A stretch of 64,000 nucleotides of DNA from Escherichia coli O157:H7 (GCF_013167455.1 NZ_CP038328.1), one strand, 5' to 3'. Numbered from the stretch's first letter, positions 21,908 to 32,324 are shown. Translations and numbers: made by a program. The notes: generated by a model not told the origin, from the sequence alone.

Positions 21908-24639
21908 CGCATCTGGAACTGGTTCCCGTCCCGCCTGTCGCGCAACTGGCGGGCGTGAGCCAGCATTATGGAAAAACCGTTGCGCTGAACAATATCACAC
22001 TCGATATTCCGGCCCGCTGTATGGTCGGGCTGATTGGTCCGGATGGCGTCGGGAAGTCGAGTTTATTGTCATTGATTTCCGGTGCTCGTGTCATTGAGCA
22101 GGGCAATGTGATCGTGCTGGGCGGCGATATGCGCGACCCGAAGCATCGCCGCGACGTCTGCCCGCGCATCGCCTGGATGCCGCAGGGGCTGGGCAAAAAC
22201 CTCTACCACACCTTGTCGGTGTATGAAAACGTCGATTTTTTCGCTCGCCTGTTCGGTCACGACAAAGCGGAGCGGGAAGTGCGAATCAATGAGCTGCTGA
22301 CCAGCACCGGGTTAGCACCGTTTCGCGATCGTCCGGCAGGGAAACTCTCCGGCGGGATGAAGCAAAAACTGGGGCTGTGCTGTGCGTTAATCCACGACCC
22401 GGAACTGTTGATTCTTGATGAGCCTACGACGGGGGTTGACCCGCTCTCCCGCGCCCAGTTCTGGGATCTGATCGACAGTATTCGCCAGCGGCAGAGCAAT
22501 ATGAGCGTTCTGGTCGCCACGGCCTATATGGAAGAGGCGGAACGCTTCGACTGGTTGGTGGCGATGAATGCCGGAGAAGTGTTGGCAACTGGCAGCGCCG
22601 AAGAGCTGCGGCAGCAAACGCAAAGCGCCACGCTGGAAGAAGCATTTATAAATCTGTTACCGCAAGCGCAACGCCAGGCGCATCAGGCGGTAGTGATCCC
22701 ACCATATCAACCTGAAAACGCAGAGATTGCCATCGAAGCGCGCGATCTGACCATGCGTTTTGGTTCCTTCGTTGCCGTTGATCACGTCAATTTCCGCATT
22801 CCACGCGGGGAGATTTTTGGTTTTCTTGGTTCGAACGGCTGCGGTAAATCCACCACCATGAAAATGCTTACCGGATTGCTGCCCGCCAGCGAAGGTGAGG
22901 CGTGGCTGTTCGGGCAACCGGTTGATCCAAAAGATATCGATACTCGCCGTCGGGTGGGCTATATGTCGCAGGCGTTTTCGCTCTATAACGAGCTCACCGT
23001 GCGGCAAAACCTTGAGTTACATGCCCGTTTGTTTCACATCCCGGAAGCGGAAATTCCCGCAAGAGTGGCTGAAATGAGCGAGCGTTTTAAGCTCAACGAC
23101 GTTGAAGATGTTCTGCCGGAGTCATTGCCGCTCGGCATTCGCCAGCGGCTTTCGCTGGCGGTGGCGGTGATTCATCGCCCGGAAATGTTAATCCTCGATG
23201 AACCTACTTCTGGCGTCGATCCGGTGGCGAGGGATATGTTCTGGCAGTTGATGGTCGATCTCTCGCGCCAGGACAAAGTGACTATCTTCATCTCCACCCA
23301 CTTTATGAACGAAGCGGAACGCTGCGACCGTATCTCTCTGATGCACGCCGGAAAAGTGCTCGCCAGCGGTACACCGCAGGAACTGGTTGAGAAACGCGGA
23401 GCCGCCAGTCTGGAAGAGGCATTTATCGCCTATTTGCAGGAAGCGGCAGGACAGAGCAACGAAGCCGAAGCGCCTCCCGTGATACACGACACCACACACG
23501 CGCCGCGCCAGGGATTTAGCCTGCGCCGTCTGTTTAGCTACAGCCGCCGCGAAGCGCTGGAACTGCGACGCGATCCGGTACGTTCGACGCTGGCGCTGAT
23601 GGGAACAGTGATCCTGATGCTGATAATGGGTTACGGCATCAGTATGGATGTGGAAAACCTGCGCTTTGCGGTGCTTGACCGCGACCAGACCGTCAGTAGC
23701 CAGGCGTGGACGCTCAATCTCTCCGGTTCCCGTTACTTTATCGAACAGCCGCTGCTTACCAGTTATGACGAGCTTGATCGTCGGATGCGTGCGGGCGATA
23801 TCACGGTGGCAATTGAGATCCCGCCCAATTTCGGGCGCGATATCGCGCGTGGTACGCCTGTGGAACTCGGTGTCTGGATCGACGGTGCGATGCCGAGCCG
23901 CGCCGAAACTGTAAAAGGTTACGTGCAGGCCATGCACCAGAGCTGGCTACAGGATGTGGCGAGCCGACAATCCACACCCTCCAGCCAAAGCGGGCTGATG
24001 AATATTGAGACGCGTTATCGCTATAACCCGGACGTAAAAAGCCTGCCAGCGATTGTTCCGGCGGTGATCCCGCTTCTGCTGATGATGATCCCGTCAATGC
24101 TAAGCGCCCTTAGCGTGGTGCGGGAAAAAGAGCTAGGGTCGATTATCAACCTTTACGTGACCCCCACCACCCGTAGCGAATTTTTGCTTGGCAAACAGCT
24201 GCCGTACATCGCGCTGGGGATGCTGAACTTTTTCCTGCTCTGCGGCCTGTCGGTGTTTGTGTTTGGCGTACCGCATAAAGGCAGTTTCCTGACGCTCACC
24301 CTGGCGGCGCTGCTGTATATCATCATCGCCACCGGAATGGGGCTGCTGATCTCCACCTTTATGAAAAGCCAGATTGCCGCCATTTTCGGTACGGCGATTA
24401 TCACGTTGATCCCGGCGACACAGTTTTCCGGGATGATCGATCCGGTAGCTTCGCTGGAAGGGCCGGGACGTTGGATCGGCGAGGTTTACCCGACCAGTCA
24501 TTTTCTGACTATCGCCCGCGGGACGTTCTCGAAAGCGCTGGATCTGACTGATTTGTGGCAACTTTTTATCCCGTTGCTGATAGCCATACCGCTGGTGATG
24601 GGCTTAAGCATCCTGCTGCTGAAAAAACAGGAGGGATGA
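21904..24639 (+). CDS. rbbA: Ribosome-associated ATPase RbbA: tandem ABC ATPase domains fused to an ABC-2 permease domain
   Basis: 911 aa; two Walker A motifs ([18 protein letters not shown]), two LSGG signature motifs, C-terminal 6-TM permease. Confidence 0.9.
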
Positions 24640-25763
24640 TGCGCCATTTACGCAATATTTTTAATCTGGGTATCAAAGAGTTGCGCAGTCTACTCGGTGA
24701 TAAAGCGATGCTGACATTGATTGTCTTCTCGTTTACGGTGTCGGTGTATTCGTCAGCGACCGTCACGCCAGGATCGTTGAACCTGGCACCGATCGCCATT
24801 GCCGATATGGATCAATCGCAGTTATCGAACCGGATCGTTAACAGCTTCTATCGCCCGTGGTTTTTGCCACCGGAGATGATCACCGCCGATGAGATGGATG
24901 CCGGACTGGACGCCGGGCGTTATACCTTTGCGATAAATATTCCGCCTAATTTTCAGCGTGATGTCCTCGCCGGACGCCAGCCAGATATTCAGGTGAACGT
25001 CGATGCCACGCGCATGAGCCAGGCATTTACCGGCAATGGGTATATCCAGAATATTATCAACGGTGAAGTGAACAGCTTTGTCGCGCGCTACCGTGATAAC
25101 AGCGAACCGTTGGTATCGCTGGAAACCCGGATGCGCTTTAACCCGAACCTTGATCCCGCGTGGTTTGGCGGGGTGATGGCGATCATCAACAACATTACCA
25201 TGCTGGCGATTGTATTGACCGGATCGGCGCTGATCCGCGAGCGTGAACACGGCACGGTGGAACACTTACTGGTGATGCCGATAACGCCGTTTGAGATCAT
25301 GATGGCGAAGATCTGGTCGATGGGGTTGGTGGTGCTGGTGGTATCGGGATTATCACTGGTGCTGATGGTAAAAGGCGTGTTGGGCGTACCGATTGAAGGC
25401 TCGATCCCGCTGTTTATGCTGGGCGTGGCGCTTAGTCTGTTTGCCACCACGTCAATCGGCATTTTTATGGGGACAATAGCGCGTTCAATGCCGCAACTGG
25501 GGCTGCTGGTGATTCTGGTGCTGCTGCCGCTGCAAATGCTTTCCGGTGGTTCCACGCCGCGCGAAAGTATGCCGCAGATGGTGCAGGACATTATGCTGAT
25601 CATGCCGACGACACACTTTGTTAGCCTCGCGCAGGCCATTCTCTACCGTGGTGCCGGATTCGAAATCGTCTGGCCGCAGTTCCTGACGCTGATGGCAATT
25701 GGCGGCGCGTTTTTCACCATTGCGCTGCTGCGATTCAGGAAGACGATTGGGACAATGGCGTAA
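24636..25763 (+). CDS. yhhJ: ABC-2 family transporter permease
   Basis: ORF frame 24555..25763; start at ATG 24636 overlapping the rbbA stop (ATGA), giving 375 aa; polytopic membrane protein. Confidence 0.85.
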   Translation: MMRHLRNIFNLGIKELRSLLGDKAMLTLIVFSFTVSVYSSATVTPGSLNLAPIAIADMDQSQLSNRIVNSFYRPWFLPPEMITADEMDAGLDAGRYTFAINIPPNFQRDVLAGRQPDIQVNVDATRMSQAFTGNGYIQNIINGEVNSFVARYRDNSEPLVSLETRMRFNPNLDPAWFGGVMAIINNITMLAIVLTGSALIREREHGTVEHLLVMPITPFEIMMAKIWSMGLVVLVVSGLSLVLMVKGVLGVPIEGSIPLFMLGVALSLFATTSIGIFMGTIARSMPQLGLLVILVLLPLQMLSGGSTPRESMPQMVQDIMLIMPTTHFVSLAQAILYRGAGFEIVWPQFLTLMAIGGAFFTIALLRFRKTIGTMA

Positions 25764-25775
25764 GGAAGGGAAACT

Positions 25776-25825
25776 TGACTTCATACTGTGATGTCATACT
25801 ATTGATGTCATAAAGTGAAGTCATA
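25776..25825 (+). promoter_or_regulatory. Putative promoter/operator of the hicAB-like operon: four spaced 10-bp repeats
   Basis: TGACTTCATA (25776), TGATGTCATA (25789), TGATGTCATA (25803), TGAAGTCATA (25816), spaced 13-14 bp. Outer copies are mutually palindromic in their core (TGACTTCA / TGAAGTCA). SD aaggac follows at 25824-25829. Confidence 0.5.
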
Positions 25826-25835
25826 AGGACATGCC

Positions 25836-26111
25836 ATGAGAACCAAGGTACAGGCTTTACGGAAGAAACAAAAAAATACATTGGATCAAATATTTAAAAC
25901 TCCTGTTCCTCAAGGGATCAAGTGGTCTGATATAGAGTCACTGGTTAAAGCATTAGGCGGAGAAATTAAGGAAGGAAGAGGTTCGCGTTGTAAGCTCATA
26001 CTAAATATGAGCGTTGCGTGTTTCCATCGGCCTCATCCGTCGCCAGATACCGATAAAGGCGCTGTAGAAAGCGTGCGTGACTGGTTACTAAGTATAGGGG
26101 TAAAACCATGA
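25836..26111 (+). CDS. HicA-like type II toxin (predicted mRNA interferase)
   Basis: 91 aa; C-terminal GRGSRCKLILNMSVACFHRPHPSPDTDKGAVESVRDWL resembles the HicA/YcfA KGSHH...HP core; 4-nt overlap with the downstream gene. Confidence 0.6.
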   Translation: MRTKVQALRKKQKNTLDQIFKTPVPQGIKWSDIESLVKALGGEIKEGRGSRCKLILNMSVACFHRPHPSPDTDKGAVESVRDWLLSIGVKP

Positions 26112-26467
26112 TCAAACTGAAGACGCCAAACTCTATGGAGATTGCCGGGCAACCTGCTGTTATCACTTACGTGCCAGAACTGAATGCATTTCGTGGCAAA
26201 TTCCTGGGCTTGTCAGGTTATTGTGATTTTGTCTCTGACAGCATTCAGGGGCTGCAAAAAGAAGGGGAACTTTCCCTGCGAGAGTATCTTGAGGATTGTA
26301 AAGCTGCGGGTATTGAGCCGTATGCGCGTACAGAAAAGATTAAGACCTTTACGTTACGCTATCCAGAATCGCTGAGTGAACGCCTTAATAATGCGGCTGC
26401 GCAGCAACAAGTCTCTGTTAATACCTATATTATTGAAACACTGAATGAGCGTTTGAATCATTTATAA
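26108..26467 (+). CDS. HicB-like antitoxin with C-terminal ribbon-helix-helix-like DNA-binding segment
   Basis: 119 aa; N-terminal HicB-like region (PAVITYVPELNAFRGKFLGLSGYCDF); C-terminal ESLSERLNNAAAQQQVSVNTYIIETLNERL typical of RHH/CopG. Confidence 0.6.
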   Translation: MIKLKTPNSMEIAGQPAVITYVPELNAFRGKFLGLSGYCDFVSDSIQGLQKEGELSLREYLEDCKAAGIEPYARTEKIKTFTLRYPESLSERLNNAAAQQQVSVNTYIIETLNERLNHL

Positions 26468-26469
26468 CT

Positions 26470-26506
26470 TATAGCGGCCCAACAATTTCTGTTGCGCCGC
26501 TATATT
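26470..26506 (+). terminator. Rho-independent terminator after hicB-like gene
   Basis: tatagcggc-ccaacaatttctgtt-gcgccgctata followed by tttttgtgg. Confidence 0.7.
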
Positions 26507-26516
26507 TTTGTGGCTC

Positions 26517-27377
26517 TTAAGATGCCTTTCTAACCAACCGATGCCCCTCATTCATCATCAGGATTTTGCTATACACATCTTCCTCGACGGCGTTTTTTGC
26601 TGATGCCATGACTCGTGCCAGATTCGCCTCGTTGTGATTATTCACATACGCTTTGCCGACGGCGGTGATAAACGCTTTGCGCAGATCGCTGGCGATATTT
26701 ACTTTAGCGACGCGATAATTAACAAAGCTGCGTAATATCTCCGGGGCGATACCGGAGCCGCCGTGAATAACCAACGGCACCGGACAGACTTCGGCAATGC
26801 GCTTCAGCAGGGGGATATCGATACGCGGTATATCGTCCAGGCCATGAACGTTGCCAATAGAAACTGCCAGCATGTCGCAACCGGTACGCTCGACAAAGGT
26901 CTTCACCTTTTCCGGTTCCGTTTTGCAATCGGCTTCGCTGACGTGATCATCTTCTTTGCCGAGAATCGCCCCCAGCTCCGCTTCAACCGGTACGCCATAG
27001 GATTTACAGAAATCGACAGCTTCCTGGGTGAAAGCGATATTCTCTTCAAAAGAGAATGCGGCACCGTCAATCATGACCGAGGTAAAGCCCGCGCGCACCG
27101 CCTGTTTAACATCCTCCTGGGTTTTCCCGTGATCCAGATGAAGACTGACCGGAACATCCATTTTATCGGCGTGACGTTTCACGATTTCATAAATGTAATC
27201 GTATCCCGAGAGTTGTGCATTGGTTGGCGCAATCTGAATGAAGTTGGGTAATCCCGAACGCTCAATAGCGTTTAAAATTGAAATTGTCGTCTCCAGATTG
27301 GTGGTATTAAATGCGCCCGCTAATACCCGTTTTTCCTGAATGCGGTCGAGCAGTATCCGTCCATTAACTAATGGCAT
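26517..27377 (-). CDS. Class II ketose-bisphosphate aldolase (GatY/KbaY/FbaA family)
   Basis: 286 aa; metal-ligand motifs LHLDHG and VIHGGSG typical of class II aldolases. Confidence 0.8.
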   Translation of the reverse strand: MPLVNGRILLDRIQEKRVLAGAFNTTNLETTISILNAIERSGLPNFIQIAPTNAQLSGYDYIYEIVKRHADKMDVPVSLHLDHGKTQEDVKQAVRAGFTSVMIDGAAFSFEENIAFTQEAVDFCKSYGVPVEAELGAILGKEDDHVSEADCKTEPEKVKTFVERTGCDMLAVSIGNVHGLDDIPRIDIPLLKRIAEVCPVPLVIHGGSGIAPEILRSFVNYRVAKVNIASDLRKAFITAVGKAYVNNHNEANLARVMASAKNAVEEDVYSKILMMNEGHRLVRKAS

Positions 27378-27408
27378 ATTGAAAACCTCATCTTTTAATA
27401 TCAGTTAA

Positions 27409-27678
27409 TTATTCAGCTTCACCGAAGCGGTCGCGAAATAAGTCGGTGAGAGTCTGTATGGCCTCGTTTTCATCATCACCGTCGCAGCGTATTTCCACCG
27501 TTTTTCCGCCTTTTATTCCGGCGCGCATAATATTCATCATGCTGGTGGCATTAATATCATTACCCTCATAGTGCAGCGTCACTTTACAGCTATATTTTTT
27601 GGCGGCTTTCGCCAGACAGGCCGCCGGACGTGCATGCAGGCCAGTACTGTTTCTGACCTCCACGGTTTTATTCAACAT
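27409..27678 (-). CDS. HPr-like PTS phosphocarrier protein
   Basis: 89 aa; active-site context GLHARPA near the N-terminus. Confidence 0.8.
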   Translation of the reverse strand: MLNKTVEVRNSTGLHARPAACLAKAAKKYSCKVTLHYEGNDINATSMMNIMRAGIKGGKTVEIRCDGDDENEAIQTLTDLFRDRFGEAE

Positions 27679-29176
27679 AGTGTTCCTCTCGATGATGTAA
27701 TGGCATCACGCCTTCTTGTTGTAATTTCAACTGATACCAGCTTTTCCATTTGTGCTGATAACGCTGTAATTGATGGTATCTCGCCCGATTCGGTAACAAA
27801 CGTTGGGCTATAGCGACTGGCGGCGGTGGAATATCCGGTGCGGCGGTTAATAATGCTCCGACAGAAACCGCCTCGTTAAATGCAATTGCTTCAACCGGAC
27901 GCTGTAAAATATCCGCCTTTAATTGCAGCCAAAGAGGATTATGGGTTGCCGGACCGATCACTTTTAACGCGCTGGTGCCAGGCACGTTAAAACAGGCGAA
28001 GCAGTTGGCAAATTCCATGGTTAATCCCAGTGATACGCTGGCAATTAACATGTCGATACTTAACGTATCGCCAAGCCCATAAAATAATCCACGGGTATGG
28101 CGATTTTTATAGGGCGAACCCGAACCGCGAAGATGTGGAATAAAGACGGGAATGTCATCGAGCAACCAATTCCCCGCCAGATAATCAGCATGTCCGCGAG
28201 TAAGTGATGCGGCGATCTCCTCATCGGTTAGCCGGAACGTGTTGCGCAGCCACTCCAGCGCGAAACCGCCCACGGGCAGCGACGCAAACAGGGTGAACTG
28301 GTTGGCAAGTGAGTAACAGCCGTTTGCCAGCTTGTCACGTTTGGCCTGTTCATCCAGCGTCGGTTGTGTATCCAGTTGCAGAATGCCTTCCGTGGTCCCC
28401 GTCGAGTTAAGGATATCGCCTGGCATCATCTGCAACGCTCGCGCACCCACCATATGGTCATGTCCGGCCAGCGTCACGCTGACCGGTTGCGAGAACCCAA
28501 GCGTCTTGCAAAGTGACTCGCTGACCCATCCGGCGTGCTCGCCTGGCTGCACCAATGGCGCAAATGCCGTACAGGGAACGTGTAACAACGCCGCCGCTTT
28601 CGCTGACCATTCGCCTTTGCGCACGTCCAGACACAGCGTGCGGCTGGCTAAGGTGATATCCGTGTGCTGTTCGCCAGTCAGCCGCCAGAGCAGCACTTCC
28701 GGCGCATGTAGCCAGCGCAGGCCGCGGCGATTACGCAGCGGGTAATGTTCCAGCAACCAGCGCATTTTGAAGGCAGAGTAATTGCTGTGTAGTGGTAGAC
28801 CGCAGATGTCATAAAGTGCCGCACTGTCTGCCTCGCTAAGCGTTGCCAGATACTCTTCACCGCGACGGTCATACCATGCCAGCATTGGCGTCAGGATCTC
28901 GCCATGCTCGTCAAGGAACACGCCTGATTCGCCAAAACTGGCAATGCTGATCCGTCTGACTGGCAGCGGCGAAGCGGCGTTCAGTTGCGCTATCGCCTGG
29001 CGGACCTCCTGCCAGAGGGCGTCGATATCGAAATCGACATCGCCCTGTGGGGAGATCTGCTTTGCCGTCACGAATTTATGCGCGCCCAACGTCGTTGCGT
29101 CCAGGCAGGAAAAGCAGGTGACTTTGCAATTGGTGGTGCCAATATCGATAACGATAGCTGCGCTGTTATCAGGCAT
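27668..29176 (-). CDS. FGGY-family carbohydrate kinase
   Basis: 502 aa; N-terminal AIVIDIGTTNCKV actin-like ATPase phosphate-1 motif; overall FGGY architecture. Confidence 0.7.
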   Translation of the reverse strand: MPDNSAAIVIDIGTTNCKVTCFSCLDATTLGAHKFVTAKQISPQGDVDFDIDALWQEVRQAIAQLNAASPLPVRRISIASFGESGVFLDEHGEILTPMLAWYDRRGEEYLATLSEADSAALYDICGLPLHSNYSAFKMRWLLEHYPLRNRRGLRWLHAPEVLLWRLTGEQHTDITLASRTLCLDVRKGEWSAKAAALLHVPCTAFAPLVQPGEHAGWVSESLCKTLGFSQPVSVTLAGHDHMVGARALQMMPGDILNSTGTTEGILQLDTQPTLDEQAKRDKLANGCYSLANQFTLFASLPVGGFALEWLRNTFRLTDEEIAASLTRGHADYLAGNWLLDDIPVFIPHLRGSGSPYKNRHTRGLFYGLGDTLSIDMLIASVSLGLTMEFANCFACFNVPGTSALKVIGPATHNPLWLQLKADILQRPVEAIAFNEAVSVGALLTAAPDIPPPPVAIAQRLLPNRARYHQLQRYQHKWKSWYQLKLQQEGVMPLHHREEHYVE

Positions 29177-30527
29177 AAACCGTGCTCCGCGTCATTCGGA
29201 AAATGCCATACAGTACCAGGGCGATAACCGGCACCAGACCAATGGCGATGAGATTGCCGTTGAAGATTTCCAGCAGCCAGAAGCGGAACGGGTTACCGCC
29301 ATCAAGAAAACTGGAAACCTGGCCGCTGGAGCCTTCGGCAAATTTGAAGTTAACGTCTTTCGCCATTCCGGTAATAAACGGCGCGATTTTGGTAGCAATC
29401 CATAGGTCGGCAATAATCACCGGGATCGCCGCCAGAACGGTGCGGAAAATATTGCCACGGCTGGCTAAAGCAATCATCGACGCCATTACCGCCAGGTTGG
29501 CAAGGTCGCCAAGCGGCAGGACTTCATTACCCGGAAGGACAAACGCGATAAAGACCGAGATTGGCGTTAGCAGCAGGGCGGTGGAGATAATCGCCGGATT
29601 ACCTACGGCAACGGCGATATCCAGGCCGATATAGAGATCGTCACGGTCAGGGTATTTGGCATTGAGATACTTTTTAATAGCTTCAGACAGCGGTAATAAA
29701 CCTTCCATCAGGATGCGTACCATGCGTGGCAGGATGAACATCACACCGCCAATGCTGATGCCAAGCAGCAATACTTTTTTGAAATCGTATCCGGCAATTA
29801 CGCCGAGCAGAATGCCCAGAATAGTGCCAACCATCATCGGTTCGCCGAAGATGCCAAACTTTTTCTGTACGGTTTCCGGGTCGATATGAATACGATTGAG
29901 GCCAGGGATATGGTCGATGATTTTGTCGACCAGCAGACCGACCGGGAAGAACACCACCGAAGAGAGCGTCGGCAATGAGATCCCTTCCAGTCCAAAGTAT
30001 TTTTGTACCAGTGGCGCAGACCAGTCGGCGAGTTTAAGTACTACCACCGCAGCAATCGCCGCCGCCAGCAAACCAAAGAACAGGCTGCCGGTGCTGTAAT
30101 AAACCAACGTACCAGCAAGGGCAAAATGCCAGTAGTTCCACATATCTACGTCAACGGTACGGGTTTTATTTAACGCCAGCATCGCCACGTTAATCAGAAT
30201 GGTCAGGGGAATAACAAACGGGGCAATTGGCGAACCCCATGTAATAGCGGAAAGCGGCGGCCAGCCTAAATCTACCACCGGTAAATTAATTCCGGTGCGT
30301 TCAACCATCGCCTGGGCCGCTGGCCCGACATTGCTGGTCAGAATATCGAAAATGGCATAAATACCGACAAAACCAATGCCGACTGTTAATGACGAACGTA
30401 AGGCTTTAGCGGGTTTTACTTTAAAACAGAGAGCAAGAATAAATAACACCAACGGCAACATTACCGTCGGGCCAAATCCCAATATATATTGCACAATATT
30501 ATAGAGGGTATGCGCGATATCGTTCAT
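29169..30527 (-). CDS. PTS EIIC permease, galactitol (GatC/SgcC) family
   Basis: ORF frame 29169..30557; start placed at internal Met 30527 (MNDIAHTLYNIVQYILGFGP...) preceded by AAGAGG; polytopic membrane protein. Confidence 0.8.
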   Translation of the reverse strand: MNDIAHTLYNIVQYILGFGPTVMLPLVLFILALCFKVKPAKALRSSLTVGIGFVGIYAIFDILTSNVGPAAQAMVERTGINLPVVDLGWPPLSAITWGSPIAPFVIPLTILINVAMLALNKTRTVDVDMWNYWHFALAGTLVYYSTGSLFFGLLAAAIAAVVVLKLADWSAPLVQKYFGLEGISLPTLSSVVFFPVGLLVDKIIDHIPGLNRIHIDPETVQKKFGIFGEPMMVGTILGILLGVIAGYDFKKVLLLGISIGGVMFILPRMVRILMEGLLPLSEAIKKYLNAKYPDRDDLYIGLDIAVAVGNPAIISTALLLTPISVFIAFVLPGNEVLPLGDLANLAVMASMIALASRGNIFRTVLAAIPVIIADLWIATKIAPFITGMAKDVNFKFAEGSSGQVSSFLDGGNPFRFWLLEIFNGNLIAIGLVPVIALVLYGIFRMTRSTVYA

Positions 30528-30603
30528 AATAAACCTCTTTTTCAGGCGAGAGCGCACCTCGCGTTAGCGCCTGATGGAGTGGGTTGAAATTAATTATTAT
30601 TAA

Positions 30604-30885
30604 TTACTTTTTAAGGATAGAAACAATTTGCGCCAGTACTTTTTCTTCGCCAATACCGGTAATAATCGGCAAGCCGTTCACCACCGGGACGTCGAGTTCA
30701 TAAGGCACTTTAGTTGTTGAAACTACCAGTGCTACGCCGTCAGTATTTCCAGGTAAAGAGGCAACGTTGGTTTGGGAATAATTGACGTTAAGACCTTGCT
30801 CTTTGCAATATTCCATGACTTTTTCTGTTACCGCCGTGGATGTGGCAATACCCGTGGCGCAGACAAATAAAATGGTTTGACTCAT
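30604..30885 (-). CDS. PTS EIIB component, galactitol-type
   Basis: 93 aa; MSQTILFVCATGIATST with the phospho-acceptor Cys. Confidence 0.8.
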   Translation of the reverse strand: MSQTILFVCATGIATSTAVTEKVMEYCKEQGLNVNYSQTNVASLPGNTDGVALVVSTTKVPYELDVPVVNGLPIITGIGEEKVLAQIVSILKK

Positions 30886-31355
30886 ATTTCACCTCGTTCT
30901 TTCATTTTGTTTAAGATTACTGTGTGTATTTCTGTTGTTTCCATCGCAAGCAGGGCTTGCATAAAGGGCGTATCCTGAATCATTTCCATAATCCAGCCCA
31001 GGGCATTTAATTGTTTATTGCTTTCGCTTAAGGCGAGCAAAAAAATCACCCTGACAGGTACGGGGTCAGGATCGCCGCCCATATCGGCAAACTCTACCGG
31101 TTCCGGCAGGATGCCGACGGCAATTGCATTGTGCCTGACATGTTTATGGTCCGTGTGCGGAATAGCGACGCACGGTGGTTCGGTAGGCAGCCCCGTTGGG
31201 TACGTCGCCTCACGTTTCAGTACGTGATCGGCAAAATCAGGGACGACCAGCTCGGCGGCAACCAACGGTTGCGCTAACTGGCGGATGATCTGTTCAACGC
31301 TTAACCCTGCCGGAAGTCGTTGAATATAATTTTCCTGAAAATGTATGCCTTGCAT
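30882..31355 (-). CDS. PTS EIIA component (fructose/mannitol-type EIIA-2 fold)
   Basis: 157 aa; conserved His-containing CVAIPHTDHKHV region; 4-nt overlap with EIIB. Confidence 0.75.
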   Translation of the reverse strand: MQGIHFQENYIQRLPAGLSVEQIIRQLAQPLVAAELVVPDFADHVLKREATYPTGLPTEPPCVAIPHTDHKHVRHNAIAVGILPEPVEFADMGGDPDPVPVRVIFLLALSESNKQLNALGWIMEMIQDTPFMQALLAMETTEIHTVILNKMKERGEI

Positions 31356-31379
31356 TTTATTCCTCTTAAAAAAGTGTAC

Positions 31380-32135
31380 TTAACTCACTTCCCGCCGTTG
31401 CAGTACGGTGCCAAGATAATATTTATTTCCTTTTAACCAGACGTTGCCAAACTCAATGGGTAATCCTCGGGAGAAAAAGACTAACTGCTCCAGATGCAAA
31501 ACGGGTGCGTCTTCACTGATATCTAAAAAATGACCACGTTCATTACCAATTAATCGCGCGGCATAGCGACTTTCCGAGTAACGAATTTTTCTTTGCGACA
31601 AACTTTCTATTGTTGGAAATAAATTGTGTTGATTAAAATCGATTTCAGCAATACCGGGGCATAGCTCAATATTGATACGGTTCTCTATCAGCATCGCTTT
31701 TTCATCACCAATTGAGCGTAAGCGTTCAAGGTAAAGAATATCCTGACCGGGCGTTATTCTTAATTTCTCTGCCACATAACGATTAGCCGATTCAATCCGT
31801 GACGTAATAACTTCAGTGGTAAAATGTATTTTCTGGCTTTCCAGCGATTCCGCGAATGACAATAATCCTTCACCTAACGGATATGCCACGTTCTCTTTTT
31901 TGACAAATGTTCCCTTACCCTGGACCTGTATTAACACGCCTTCTTTTACCAGTTGGGCGACCGCTTTTTTAACGGTTCCCCGACTCACGTCCAGCATATC
32001 CATAATCTGGTATTCCGAAGGAATGCGATCGTCTTCCACCAGATCTCCGGTATAAATACTTTCTCTTATCCACTCCACCACTTGTTGATAGAGCGGTATT
32101 TGTGACGACTTACTTAATGATTTCATGGCGCGCAC
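31380..32135 (-). CDS. GntR-family transcriptional regulator (HTH plus UTRA effector domain)
   Basis: 251 aa; N-terminal winged HTH (IPSEYQIMDMLDVSRGTVKKAV), C-terminal UTRA-like domain; first gene of the PTS operon. Confidence 0.8.
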   Translation of the reverse strand: MRAMKSLSKSSQIPLYQQVVEWIRESIYTGDLVEDDRIPSEYQIMDMLDVSRGTVKKAVAQLVKEGVLIQVQGKGTFVKKENVAYPLGEGLLSFAESLESQKIHFTTEVITSRIESANRYVAEKLRITPGQDILYLERLRSIGDEKAMLIENRINIELCPGIAEIDFNQHNLFPTIESLSQRKIRYSESRYAARLIGNERGHFLDISEDAPVLHLEQLVFFSRGLPIEFGNVWLKGNKYYLGTVLQRREVS

Positions 32136-32324
32136 CTGAACATTTACAGTTGTCTATGGACAATCATGGACAACTTCAAGCGTATAGTAGGTGAACGGGA
32201 GAAAAAGAGGATCGAAGCGTCTCACATTTTGAGGGACCAAATCGTGATCAAAAAAATGTGACGTGAGTCGATATTTGTCAGAAGTTTACTGCGCCGTAAG
32301 GAAATAACGGCGCGTTGGTAGGTG

